DNA of 64,000 nt from Amoebophrya sp. A120. Its lineage: Eukaryota; Protista; Dinoflagellata. Both the position numbers and the translations under genes were made by a program. Where the stretch lies: assembly GCA_905178155.1 (NCBI GenBank), contig CAJINV010000007.1, positions 3,862,265 to 3,926,264 of the forward strand, in the 5' to 3' direction. Numbering within the stretch: the stretch's first letter is position 1; each line of letters opens with the position of its first letter. This document shows, one piece after another, positions 36,801 through 49,024 of this stretch. The notes beneath the pieces were generated by a model. That model was not told the origin of the DNA. It saw nothing but the letters and a program-made list of their open reading frames with translations, and ran no database searches.

Positions 36801-39224
36801 CCAGGTGCTGGGGTTGGCAAATGTTTTAGCTGCCGTTGTGTAAATATATATGTTATGACGAACAATTGTATTAAGATTAGGGTGAGCAGGCGTTTCTACA
36901 CAGGATAAGAGCGCCGGAAAATCATCTGCGTCACGACCCAGTTCGGCTCAGGTTCAGCGATGGGCAGTCACCACACTGCTGACGGCGGCGGAGTATTCCG
37001 CCGGACGGAAGGACGACGACTCCACTGCGCTGGACAGGGGAGCGTGGAAAAACCTCGCAGTCCGGGCTGACAACCTGAGGCTCTTACCGCAGGCGGATTT
37101 TTTTCCGGGCGGCGAACGCGACTCGGAGTCCGAGCCCGACGTTGGCGCCAGACGCGGAAGTAGTGGTAGAAGCAGCGGTCAACGTGGCAATAGTATTTCT
37201 GGCTCCCCCTCCTTCTCCGTTCTCGCCTCCTCGCAGTGGCGTCAGCTTGGCCCGCTGCTGTCCGAGGTCACAAGCGAACAGAAAACCACGAACAGTTTCG
37301 TGTTTAAGCGGCGCGGCCACTTGCACCAGACCTCGGACTACCTCACCGGGCAAAAGCGATCTGGCACACCGATGTGCGGGTTTGTGTTAGAGGACAAAAC
37401 GTCGCGGAGTGAGACACAGATCGTCCGGAAGGCGAAGATTTACTGGTTCCGCGAACAGAAGGTAAGTGAGGAAGACCTGGACATCAAGATCTTCGGAGAA
37501 ACCGGCAGCTCCACATTCGACATGAGCACCGGGAAGATCACGCGACACAGGTACCTCGCCGATAGTTGGCGGCAGAAAAAAGACTTACGGATGATCGAGG
37601 CCAAGAAAGTGCTTGCCCCCCTGGAGGAGATCCAGCGCGCGATCGCGAACGTGGGTCTGCTGAAGAAACAGGAAAAGGAGGACGGCGAGCGATTGAAGAA
37701 GGAAATGCATGCGTTGCGCATCGCGGAAATGGCAAACACCGACCAGGAGAAAGCGGCTGCCGTCGCCTTCGCAGCGGCCCTCCCGGGCGCGGGACAGGAG
37801 CTGAGCCGTTTTCTTCCAAGAAATCAGAAGGAAATCCTATTCAAGAAATTTGAAGACAAGGTCTTCCACGAGAGTAACTACGGCTTTAACGACTCCTACT
37901 ACCGATTTGTCAAACGGCACGGCCGGGTGCTATGGTGCGATGAAATTAAGTATGCCCCCAAGGACCTAAATTTTGTTTGCATCGTAAGGGAGCTGCTAAA
38001 CCATGCGGCCGAGCGAAAGATACATGTCGCACTCTCATGTATGAAACAGAGGCATATGTGCTTCAACAAGTCTGTCGAGAGTAACAAATGGCTTTTTGTG
38101 CTACCGCTGACGGTGCCTTGTAAGTTTGTTGTGCATCTTCACGGAACTTGTGGTCCACCACACGGACTTGCACGTCCTGTCTTGCATGACAGATTTGACG
38201 TTCTGGAGGATGTTGGGGCCGTACTTTTACATTCTATACGTCATGGTAGAAAAGCACGACTTCGACCGGGGCAAAATCCAGTACTACGAGTACATTTATG
38301 ACACTGCGGAATACGCGGACTTCGATATTGTCTCGTTCCAGGAAGAAGAAGACGGGGCGCCGTTTTATGCATCACAAAGAAATGTGTCTGGTTTTGGAAC
38401 GAAGGATGTCGTCACGCGAAGTCCTCTCGAGCACAAAAATATCAGTGCTGCATGAACGGCAGAACTTGCCAAGTGCCTGTCAGGAAACAGGTGGATTTCT
38501 CAGGCGGGATAGGCATGCGGAAGGCCTCGCAAGATCCGCGCTGCTTGTTCTGTGTGCATTATTCCAGAGCATGTGTGTGGTCCGTGAGATGCATGTACAA
38601 ATCTTGCGCTCTTCCAGACCCGGACACATTTGCACTGGATACGTTTCGCGTCAACATCAAACTTCTCCTCGGGCCGGCGACTGAGGTATTTGACTAACGC
38701 GTCGACGTCAGTCAACAAGAAATACTACAAATACTTGATGAATAAACTTGAGGAAAAAGTTCTTAGAGAAACAACTTGAGGAATAAACATACATCAAACT
38801 TTTCGTACGCGAAGAAAAACATGCCGGGAACAACGAGATGATAACTAATACGATACCGTCCTCCGTGCAGCTGGTGCTGGCTCTGGCAGGACGTGCACGA
38901 TCACGACCACATCGTTCACAAGCTTGACACGCTTCCGTTCCGCAATTTTTTTGAACGCGTAAAATAAAGAAAAAGTACTACTAACTACACTAGGTGTATC
39001 GTCGACCCTTTCCGTGGAGGAAAGACGACAAACCGGAAGGAAAAGATGTCCCTGCCTGGGTACCGTTTTCGGATCACCTGCCCGGGGAGACACAGCCCAG
39101 CGGACTGCGGCCCCCGAAATACGAAGAGCAAGAGGAGACGGTCCTGCTGGTGAAGGAACGCGAGCTGGTACGGAGTCCTACGGCACCCTTTCCGGCGGTA
39201 ATTCCTGCTATGCCACGCGGATGA
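33835..39224 (+). CDS. Hypothetical multi-exon protein interrupted by a 2.1-kb composite intron
   Basis: Frame of ORF 33835 continues at 36910 and into ORF 37300 when 34777-36907 plus 5 nt is removed. Motif halves PGDYVEIHGL..LNGKKG and RWAV..LAVRADNL lie on either side. Further introner at 38366-38641 and GT-AG intron 38686-38993. Confidence 0.65.
34788..36563 (+). mobile_element. Non-autonomous tyrosine-recombinase retroelement-like insertion with split direct repeats (A1-B1A2-B2)
   Basis: A1 34788-34943 equals A2 36174-36329. B1 36066-36179 equals B2 36450-36563 (1 mismatch). AAAATG occurs at both ends and at the B1/A2 junction. No RT or YR ORF. Confidence 0.8.
35027..35538 (+). repeat. 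Array of 7 hairpin units TCYGGTGAGACRGGGTT...CCCYGGCYRGA plus 4 TGACCCRTTTCGGTCA hairpins
   Basis: Units start at 35027, 35119, 35173, 35263, 35357, 35410 and 35501. Second hairpin at about 35082, 35227, 35320 and 35465. Confidence 0.9.
38366..38641. mobile_element. Introner family C, TSD CGTTT
   Basis: TATGC...AAATGTGTCTGGTTTTGGAA / TTCCAGACCCGGACACATTTGCACTGGATA. Removal gives GAPFRVNIK. Confidence 0.88.
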
Positions 39225-40399
39225 AATAAATCACATCGACTGCTTCGTCTGTTTGTCGTAACGACTTACACACATCTTACTAAGCGCACTTTTAATGCAT
39301 GTTTTGAAGATTGAGATTCTTTTGCATCCTTCACAATCAAGAGGTTGTATTTATGGACGAAGAACCACTCCTGACGTGCAGCATTCGATAGGGGTTATTT
39401 CAACGTGGATATCCGCGAAAGACATTTTGGATCGGGAATATTCCTTTCTTGCGGACCAGAAGGGACTTTGAAGAAGTGCATGCAGACTGATCGGAAATAA
39501 AGGCTTGCTCTCGTGCTTCTAAGAAAATATGTTACTTTGTGCATCTGCATTTTTGCGTCTCTTATTTCAAACAACTATCGGAGTCAGACACATGCATACC
39601 CGATGGAAAATAAAGTGAACTGAATTTGACGAAGTCCAACAATTTTGAAAATAGAAATGAAACCACCAGCTTTTGTTTTTTGTAAACGTTTAAGTTTTGG
39701 CTTTTGCCCTGCTGACTGATCTCCTGATACTGATAGCTCGTCACCCGCTCTAGTGCCTTTCTATTCGTCATTCGTTGGCGCCATCTGGGGACCACATGCA
39801 CCAAGAAGCAGCAGCAGAATTTTGTAGCTCGACTTTGGTGCAGCTGTGAAGATGATGTAAGTATGCACTAGACGGAGAACAAGCTGGGATCATGGAGGTT
39901 CTTTTTGAATAATCAGGAACGAGTTGATATGATGTGTCCACTAACGACTGAAATACCTGAGTCGCTCTTTGGCAGCACAGCGAATCATGTGTCGCTCGAC
40001 GAGAAGTGAATCATGCGCCCTCGCAAATGAACCTCATAGAACATCATACGAAAAGCAAAGCATCTGAGCTACATTTCCCCAGCCACTTCGGCTCGACAAG
40101 CTTGGAGTTCGAGTGTTTGTAGGAAGTCTACAACGCCGACGTGTTCTTGTTCGTTGACGAGCTACAACAATTTGCAATTCATTGCATTCCTTCCAATTGC
40201 TCGACGTACAATAAAATCCAGAAGCTGCATCTCTTCCTAGCGGTTGCATTTTATCCTGCTTGCATGCGTAGGTCGCATGCTCTCATCCTACTCACGTGTT
40301 TTTTCTGTACTTGTATAATACCATGCTCTCATCCTATTTATGCGTTTTGATTTCTGTATTTGGGGTATTTGCGGTCATCCGTTATCGCGTATTTAATCA

Positions 40400-43300
40400 A
40401 TGAACTTTTCTATGCCAACATCAAGATTCCAGATTGCTTTATTTGTTGCTATAGTCTTACAACATTGTGTGCAAAACACAAATGCTGGGGAACCACGGAC
40501 AAGAAGAAAGATGAAGATGTTTGATGCGGGCACGGGGTGCAGCTACAGCTGCATGCGTTTTGGTCTCGTCGGTTGCTCCTCCTCTGCCCCGGCGTTGCTC
40601 CGACGCCGCGGAAGGTCCATGCTATTGCGTCTGCGTGTGTTGCCTGCGTGCGTCTCGAGTGCGCTCGGACTTCTTTTGATACGTCTGCGTGTGCTGCCTG
40701 CGTTCGTGTCCAGTGTGCTCGGACTTCTTTTGCTGAGCGGCCTTTTGCGATCCACCGTTCTACTTGCCGCAGCAGAGACTACAGCTGTTGCAGGAAGTGC
40801 AACCACCTCCGCGGGAGAAATTGAAACTCAGGTACCGGTAGAGTGGCACTTGCGGAGCCTGAAGTGGTTAACGGGTCGTCGGGATGACGAGGGTGAGAGC
40901 AGCCCGCTCAACACGCGGCATTTATTGGACGATAGGACGAGCAAGTACACGACGTTTCCGGACTTCGATTTTTTGCTGCGCTGGTGCTGCTCTCGACGGG
41001 GTAGTTCTGCGGGAGAATCAGGTACTAAGACCGTTGTACCTGGCACGAGCAGTGAAACTTCTGCTTCCACCATTCTACCCGCCGAAGCTGGTCGTGCCCG
41101 ACCGCGAGTTCACCCAAAATTAAATGCGACCGAAGCGTTTGTCCGAGAGCGCAAGCAGATCCAACAGTTCCACCAGGAGTATTATCGGAACGTGTTCGCC
41201 GTCTCTTTGAAGACTTTCCGGGGGTGCACGGTGAATTACTTCGAGCAGTTGATTGCCGTTCTCGACGCCCTACTGGTGAAACTGAAGGCCCACCCGTGGG
41301 ACCCACAGCAGGAGCCCATCACCTTTCTGCTTCCCTCCACGCCCTACGGCTGGGGCGGCGCGATTTTGGCCTCGCCATCTAGGGTGCGATTTCAGACGTC
41401 TACAGCACTGCCGTTGTGTCTCGATGCCGCCGTTCCCGGGGGCTACGAAACGCTCGCGCATCAAGAAGAGCACAGCGACCGCGATAAGGAGTTTCAATTA
41501 CATCCGGGTGGTGCTGGACCTGCTGCTGGACAGTTTTCGCAGCACGGTCTAGTTCAGGATACAAGAGCCCCCACAGCGTCGAGATCATTCCGTAGTTTCG
41601 TGCCCGCTTCCCAAGTCTCCGCCGCCTTGGAGACCTCGCGCGGCCGGCCGCGCAAGATCACAGGGTCGGCCTTTGGACCGCGGGATTCAGATGAGCTGTG
41701 GAAAAAAGTCAAGGTCGAGGTGGTGGTGGACGACAAACTGGAAGAGCAAAAGCTCGAGCAAGATAATGGGTTGAACAACAACAGAGTAATAGAACAGCGC
41801 CAACGCACCACACATCAACTACAAGGGTTGATGTCTACGTCATCGTCGTCCGGCAGTGCTGGCGCTGCCCCCCGGAAAATCCTCGGCCTGGCCGTCGACC
41901 TGCAGGACTTCCGACGCGCGAACAACCGGCCGCTGCTTCCGCGCATCGAGGACCTGAAGGAACGGCTGTATCCAGGAAAAAACACCCGTCCCCATGCAAT
42001 TTGTCATGCAAAACATGCATAATTTCCTGTGTTTGTGATGCAGAAAATGGATGGGGAGCGGTGTTTTTTGCTGGATAGTCTGCACTTCTTCCACATCCCG
42101 GACCTGGCCCGCGAGACGCGAGGCTTCACGCAATGCTACCTGCCGCGGGTCTGTCCCGAGACCACGGCGACCCACCACCGCGTGCTGCTGCAGCAGACGA
42201 AGCCGATGGGAATCGTGGAAGCTGTAAAGGATAGCCCGCTGGTGGCGTCTCTGACGGAGTTTTTGAACGACGGAATTTTTACCTGGGGTAGAGGTCGTGC
42301 TGGAAACCAACATCCACCGGGCACGAGAAACAGTCCCTCTGTTCCTGTTGCGGTTGTTCCTGCGCATGACCTTTTGGATCATTTGCGCTTCCCGCGGCCA
42401 TCGACTTCCGCTTCCGTTGTGAAGAACGAAGCAGGACGAGATCAGGCCTCACGAGCAAGAGCCAGCAGATCATCATCTCGAGAACAAATGCTCACGAAGC
42501 TGGAGAACGCGGAGCTTTCCGCGCTAAATGCTATCTCCGCACGCTTTCAGCACCTGTCTGGTCACACGGCGGTGGCACACGGCTTGCTGGACTACCTGCC
42601 CTTAACCCAGATCGTGTTTGCAAAGAATGAACAACATGATGACGCAGCAAGCAGAGCAGAATCGGGAGGTCGAAGGAACGCGGACGAAGATAGCGCTTCT
42701 ACACGAGACCACGTCGACTGGCAGCGCAGTGAAAAAGATTTCCGCGATTGCACGGAATTCATGGCAAGCGACTTTTATGAAGTGCACATTCGGTACGAGA
42801 ACTGGCCGAAGTTTTTCGACGAGCTACTCGCGGTGAAGGCACGGGTGCTCTTGCAGCATGAGGAGATGATAAGCAGGAGAAGTAGAACTACTGCGGCGCA
42901 AGATGCAAGGAGCGCTCTTGCAGATGCTGGAACAGTAGACGCAATAAAGCTACATCAACTTGTACATGTACACTCGACGCCGAAAAAACGCGCAACCGTC
43001 GAAAATTGGTCCATCAAGTTTCTTGGCTGCGTGCCCAGCACGGATCTTCACGATGCTGAGTCCGCTGTGCAGTATTTGCTGCCACTGTCACTGGCCACAC
43101 TGTTGCGCCATCTGGTCCTCGTGCCGGGTGACCTCGAAGAGGATGTTTTCGGAGCAGCTTCTGGCGGCACTGGCACTGGGGAAGTAGGAGCATCATCAAA
43201 ACACATCGAAGTAGCACGACCTGCAGCTAGTAAGACTAGTACTGATCATCATGGTGAACAAGACAACAACAGCGACGTTGACAGGAACGTGCCCCTTTCG

Positions 43301-45470
43301 CTGGTCACCTTGCCTTCTATCGTGGAGCAGGCCGGACCTTTGCGGAACCCGAACGGAAGCAACCTTGCCATTTCGTCCTCCGGGGCCATGCATGCGGGTG
43401 GTGGGACCTTTCAGTCACACCACCAAAAAATCTTGTCCGCAAACCGGATGCGAACCAAGGCGATGGCGCAAGAGGAATTACGCAGGAAGGCTTCAATGCT
43501 TTCTCCTGCGACTGCAAGCGACGTTATTTCACCTTCTGAGAATTTGAATTCATCTACCTCAAGTGCAAGAAAAGGAGAACGGATGGATCTTCCCGGCGAC
43601 GAGGTGATATCTCCAGCTGGAGGTGGTGCAGTTCCTGCAAGTAGCACTAGTGGCGGCCCTTACGTTTCCATTGAGACCGCTCTCAATTCGTGCGCGTATT
43701 TGACGGCTCGGACGCAAGAGGAGAAAATCAAGGTTCTGACCGGAGAGGGAGACAAAGTTCATCGGGATCTACGGCAAAAGACCGACATCGTATCTGGCTT
43801 ACCCCGTATCGTCGCGAGACTGTTGGCTGCTGCAACGCAGACCTCCATGAACCAAATCCCTTTTCGCTGTCGAGGAGTGCTGTTGCCCGAAAGAACTGCA
43901 CAGTCACTTCGCGAAGATACCAATCCTGCTGTTGTTCCAAGTTTATTGCAAGACACTCGGCAGTCGCGAAGAAAGGTGAGCAAACCCCCGACCAACTCAT
44001 CCCTCCGGTTCTTCCAGGAGCAGGCGCGAGCGTGGCGAAACGAAAAGCGGACCAAGAAACTCAACATCGCCGTCTGCATCACAGGTCGCGCGCGCACGCT
44101 CGCGGCGCCGGAAGTGTTCAACTCGTTGCACCAGAATTTGACCAGTTTCGGGGAGGACCGCAACGCCAACGTGAAGGTGTTCTACGTCTTGGACCTGCAG
44201 GGGAAGGAGAAAAAAGACTTCGCGAGCGCGTTCAAACTACTCCCCCCGACCAGAATCCTTGTCACGGACGACAAGGAGCACTACCCAGCAGAATACGCGG
44301 AGGAGCCGGCCGTGTTGCAAAAGCGGCGGGAGCAACTGGCAGCCAAGAGCATCGTGTTGGACGATGAAGATGAAAGTGAAACACGCGGCGATCTGGAAAT
44401 AACTCGTACTGGTGCAGATTCCTCGAGCAAAAGCGACGTGAAAAGGAAGAAAACCAGAAGCAATGAAGATCTGTCGCAGATTCGCATCCAAACCATCCAC
44501 GCCGCGGACCCGCCGATCGAGGCCCGACACGTCTGCGACGCGCCGATCTCCTCCGCTTTTCAGAGCCAGAAGCTGAATCTGTGTATGGATTTGGTGCGAC
44601 AGTTCGAGGAAGCCGGGGGGCTGGATGAGGAAACCGAAACTACGGCTGGAGAAGTTTCTTCACCTCGCGACCCCCCGGCAGCTGTTGGAGACACGGCACC
44701 GTCGACGACCCATGGTACTAAATCCAGAACGGGCAACGTAATTATGCAGGACGGAAATTATAACGGAAAAGAGAAGCCCACAAGGTTCGACTGGCTTGTC
44801 CGCACCCGTCCGGACCTGCAATTTCTGTCCCCGATCGGTTCGCTCCGCAACTACGACCCGAATTTTGTGCACCTCGTGCAGCGCAACGTGACCACGAGCA
44901 AGGGCGACACGCAGGACCACTTTGCCCTGCTTCCGCGGAAATTTGCCGAGGCTTACATGGATTACGACGGGTGCACGGGCGTGTCCGCAACCCGGGTCCA
45001 GGAGTCCTGCGCGAAAACAGCCAGAACCACATGGACGGAGTCCGCCCGGGTGACCCACGAGTGTGCGCTCAACATTCGGCTGCGACGGAAGCAGGTGAAG
45101 GTGAAACCCCTAGGGCATGTGTACATCGTGGCCAGGTGCACAACTACGAGCAACACAACTGGAACTACCGGGGGAGATCTTCTTCATGCCGAAAATAATA
45201 CCATCGACGCCGAGGAAAGGGCTGCTGCAGGCGAATTGATAACCTGCTTCGACTATGCATTGCAAAAGTATCGTACTGGATAAATTGCAATACAAAATTG
45301 CGCAGCATTACAAATTGCATTTGTAATGCTGATTTGCCTTTAGAAAAAGATTTGTAATGCATACAAGCAATTAGTACGAGTACACTACTTTTGCACAGGA
45401 TATCGACTCGGAGACAAACCCGGGATCCACGAAAAATTCGATGGCGATTATCGAGGGAGGCAAGAGGTGA
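40400..45470 (+). CDS. Large putative secreted/membrane protein with C-terminal glycosyltransferase-like motifs
   Basis: ORFs 40400 and 42029 join across introner 41969. IAVCITGRART, FDWLVRTRPDL and DHFA resemble a protist/algal GT-like family. Hydrophobic N-terminus includes a 54-bp duplication (RLRVLPA). Start codon uncertain. Confidence 0.6.
41969..42077. mobile_element. Introner family B (109 bp)
   Basis: TATCCAGGAAAAAACACC ... GGTGTTTTTTGCTGGATA. Flanks GGCTG/GTCTG. Confidence 0.92.
45254..45402. mobile_element. Introner family A, TSD TCGAC
   Basis: TATGCATTGCAAAAGTA ... TACTTTTGCACAGGATA. Confidence 0.9.
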
Positions 45471-46796
45471 AGAAGCTTGGCGGCCTTTTTTCCTGATGCA
45501 ACCAGCAAGACAAAAATCTCTTCCTCCACCAGCTTGGGAGGTGTGCGCGACCGGCCTCGAAATGGTAGTGGCGGGCCACTTCTTGCTTATCCGGCGAGAG
45601 GACCCACGCTGGAGCTGAATGAAAAGGGTAGTAGAAGAAAGTGCCGTTACCGGGAATCAACGCCTCGAAAGACCCAGCGCCAGCGACATCGTGGACACGG
45701 ACACGACGACCCTGCTGCGCGAGTGAAACGATTGCGGTGGATTGCAGGCGAACGGGAACATGCGCCGCAGTGGAAACTGGTAGCGATGGCCAGAGCTCGA
45801 ATGATGTGAAGGACGCCCGATTTCTACATCAGAAGATGTTTACCGTTCTGCTCTGATGATCAGCACGAAATGCACCAAGCAAACGGAACACGACCGCAGA
45901 CGGACACTCCGCGCGGCTCCAGCAACTACTTTTCTAGGAGCAGACTCTGGATGACGTTCAAGATGTTGATGTTGATCTCCTTGCGATATATATCAAGTTC
46001 CGGCGTCCCTCATCTTGATGAGTCTGGAGCCGCTCAGAGGATTTCCGTCACAGCGTGTTGCGCACCATCTCAATCTCTTGGTCATGTTGTGGGCGAGTCG
46101 ATCATGAAAAGATGTCCATCACAGTGATCATTGTACTCCTGAAAAAACAAGAGAAAACAAGGAAGCAGAATACACTGACTTCCGGAAGTGGATCGCGCAA
46201 GCCACGGGGTGAAAAACCGAAGCAGTTGCCTCTCCTCTCAGAAGTAGAAGTCCAAGTCGACAGAAAACTACAAAAACTCCAGAGTGGTAAAGTAAATTTA
46301 AAGTAAGGCCGCCAAAGCACTAGCTCCGGTGAAAAAAACGCACTGGATTTTTGAAACAGGGCACCTGGCTACTTCACTGTAGTGTAGTTTTGTTTCGTCG
46401 TCGACGTCGTGAAATATTTCATACTACTTGTCCGGAGCAAGAATCACTCGATTACGTTTTTAGTGTTCCTCCCGTACTACACCTCTCCTCCTCTGAAACC
46501 TCATGCGACAAAAATCACATCAAAATGGTGAAAGACGAGGATCAATCGCAACCTCATCAGTTTCAATTCCTCTTCTTGTCGGTCCTAATGTTGTAAACTC
46601 CATAATACGCTTGTTTGTGTTTCTTGTGCGACAACTGTGATTGTTGACAAACACAGGCGACCGTGATGATCCATGTGCTGCAAAAAAATAAGACAGGAAG
46701 AACTGAAGACGAAGATCGTTGGACAACAAGAGAGCGAGTAGAGCTACAAATAATACGCACCGAAAAGAAATAAAAAAGAAAAACCGCAACGACAAG

Positions 46797-49024
46797 ATGT
46801 ACTCCGCTACGCCGACACGCAATCACCAAATTGAGGACGATGAGGTGCTCGTCAGCTGGGAGAGCAGCATCGGTTTGAAGCGAAATCCAGTAGAGACGAA
46901 AACCGGAAAGACAACCCTGATGCTCAGTACATCAATACGATTTTTAGTAGAAACTCTGTCGTGGTGCTTTGCTCGTCACTCATGCAGCTGTTGAATTTTC
47001 ATCATGCAGCACGTTCGGGACCGCACCAAGATTGTCTTCTCGTCCCTGTTTCCCGAAAGAGAGAATCTTTCCCTTTGCGCTGCAAGCAGAGATGTTGTGC
47101 AATGTTGGAATGAAAAATTTCAATTTGCAGTACCTTTTTAAGCACTTCTCGCTTCACAGGTCGCATGCCTGTTGATTGACCAAAATCAAAACACACATTT
47201 GTCCACAGAAAATCTTTTGGCGTCCCAGAGTCAGCAGGATGTACTGGATATGCTCGCCGCCCGAAACTTCCACCCCGGTCGCAGCTTCGACTTTTTCTAT
47301 CTCCCAATCGACTTCCGCTCCAGGTATAAAGAAGTATAGTTAAAGCGAAAGCGCGAATACTTAGCACAGGTTGACTCTGAACATGTGTGTCTGGTGTCTC
47401 GCCTTCTGTCATCGTGCGATATCACAGAATTTTTACGACAAACAGGTCCAACTACGGCTACTGCTTTGTGAACTTCGTTTCTCTGCTATCCACATCAAAA
47501 ACAGCTCAGTGTCCACCGACCCTTGCTGGTAGCGTGCTTTCTTACGTTACGCAAAAAGCTGTAAGACCTCTGTTTAGGATAAACGAAAAAGTGCACCACG
47601 TATCCATGCCATAAAAACGAAATTTGTATATTGCACTGCATGATGTTGCAGCCAACAAGACTCATCGGTGGACTTTTCAGAGTCGTTTTGTTTGTCCGCA
47701 ATAGCTTGCCGAGGCGAAGCGCTTCCACGCGGTCTTTCACCAAGTCAGCTTGCACCCGTCCGCGCCGCGGAAGTTGTCTGAAGTTGGCATCGCGCGAGTG
47801 CAGGGAAAGAAGAATAACATCGAACAATTTCGCAACTCGCCAATCAACGCCGTATTATTTCGATACTCTCAGCATGGTTTGTCTTGTCATGCAACACCTA
47901 AAAATCATGATGAAGCTGCTGAAACCTGTGCCTATCACGCAGTTGCAGTTCGTGTCCCTCTCTTCAGGCGGTATCAATCGGATTCGGAGTCTCTAGAACA
48001 GTATTTTTCAAACATCAAGTGTAGTAAAATATAAGGAACAAAAACCTATCAGATTCCGGCCGCCATTGCCCATTACCGTCCCCTAATTTTCGACACGCGC
48101 GGCGCGGTGCAGCCGTTCCCGGAGCCGGACCAGACCTTGCCGGCGCTGCAACTGCGGGAATCCCGGCGCACCGTGGGGCCGCGAAACAAGATGATGTCCT
48201 CTTCCATGACGGGGAGTGGTGGTGGTTTGTCAACGACCCCCATGTTAACCTGCTCCGCGAACACAACGACGTGTGGGACGAACAGTGATGCCGCGAGCGC
48301 CGCCAACAGTTTGAATTGCTTCAACGCCGCGGCTGGAGCGGGGCATGGCTTGGCGTTCGCTCCCATGCCACAGTCAGGTATGGTTTGAGATAGATTTTAG
48401 CATCATTGGTCTCATGCCTAGGTTGGGGTGCCAGGACGTCCAGGAGGTCTGCTGGTGGCCTCGAAAGTGCCGCTGCTCTTCTATTCTTTGAAGAACAAAT
48501 TGTTTTATAAAAGATAAAGATGTTAAACTAGCCATCGAAATCGAAAAACGAATTTACCTCAGATCAATCCACGAGTTGTGCAACCGGGGCGGCAGCGACG
48601 TCTTCTCCGCTGATGAGCAGCAGCAATACCACGAAGAAGTATGAGATGAGGAAAAAAATCGAATAGTTGTCGTTAACTTTTTTTTATTTTCTGATCCTGA
48701 TGGCTGTCATTGCATTATGTAGTCTCACAAGAACCCAAGCGGCTTATCACTTTTCGCAAATTTTTGACTGGAACGCGTCCGCTCCTGACTTGTCTTCTTT
48801 TTCCTCGGCATACTGTCATCAACGCCAACACGCCGAGCACATGCGGATCGAGTACCTACACGACTACGATGGACCCGGCCACCGTGGCTGCTGCCGCGCA
48901 GCACTACATTCCGGCTGGAACGACCAATGCGGCGTCGCAGCGGGGAGCGACATTTTTCGACGCGACAGGATCTACCTACTTTCCCAGCTTCTGGACCAAC
49001 CCTGCGCTGGCTGGTATTGTTTAG
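46797..49024 (+). CDS. Mei2-like RRM protein (RRM_2 domain), multi-exon, ends uncertain
   Basis: Spliced: KTTLMLKNL, SFDFFYLPIDF, NYGYCFVNF, ARVQGK..NIEQFRNS, YRPLIF. Introns 46927-47208, ~47324-47444, ~47486-47707, 47852-48052. Confidence 0.85.
47487..47703. mobile_element. Decayed introner
   Basis: TATCC...AATA ends. Removing element plus 5 nt gives NFVSLAEAKRF. Flanks TCTGC/GCTTG. Confidence 0.5.

Larger units (their letters stand above)
34777..36907. mobile_element. Introner family D hosting a nested split-direct-repeat element
   Basis: TATCCTGTGTAAAAATG ... CGTTTCTACACAGGATA (15/17 TIR). 361 bp after excising the nested element. GCATGACAAA near 36659. Confidence 0.8.

Noticed and set aside
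45468-45809. Stop-codon reassignment or readthrough (in-frame TGA followed by ORF 45477-45809)
   Set aside because: A single instance with low-complexity downstream sequence. Other genes end at normal stops and conserved exons contain no in-frame stops.
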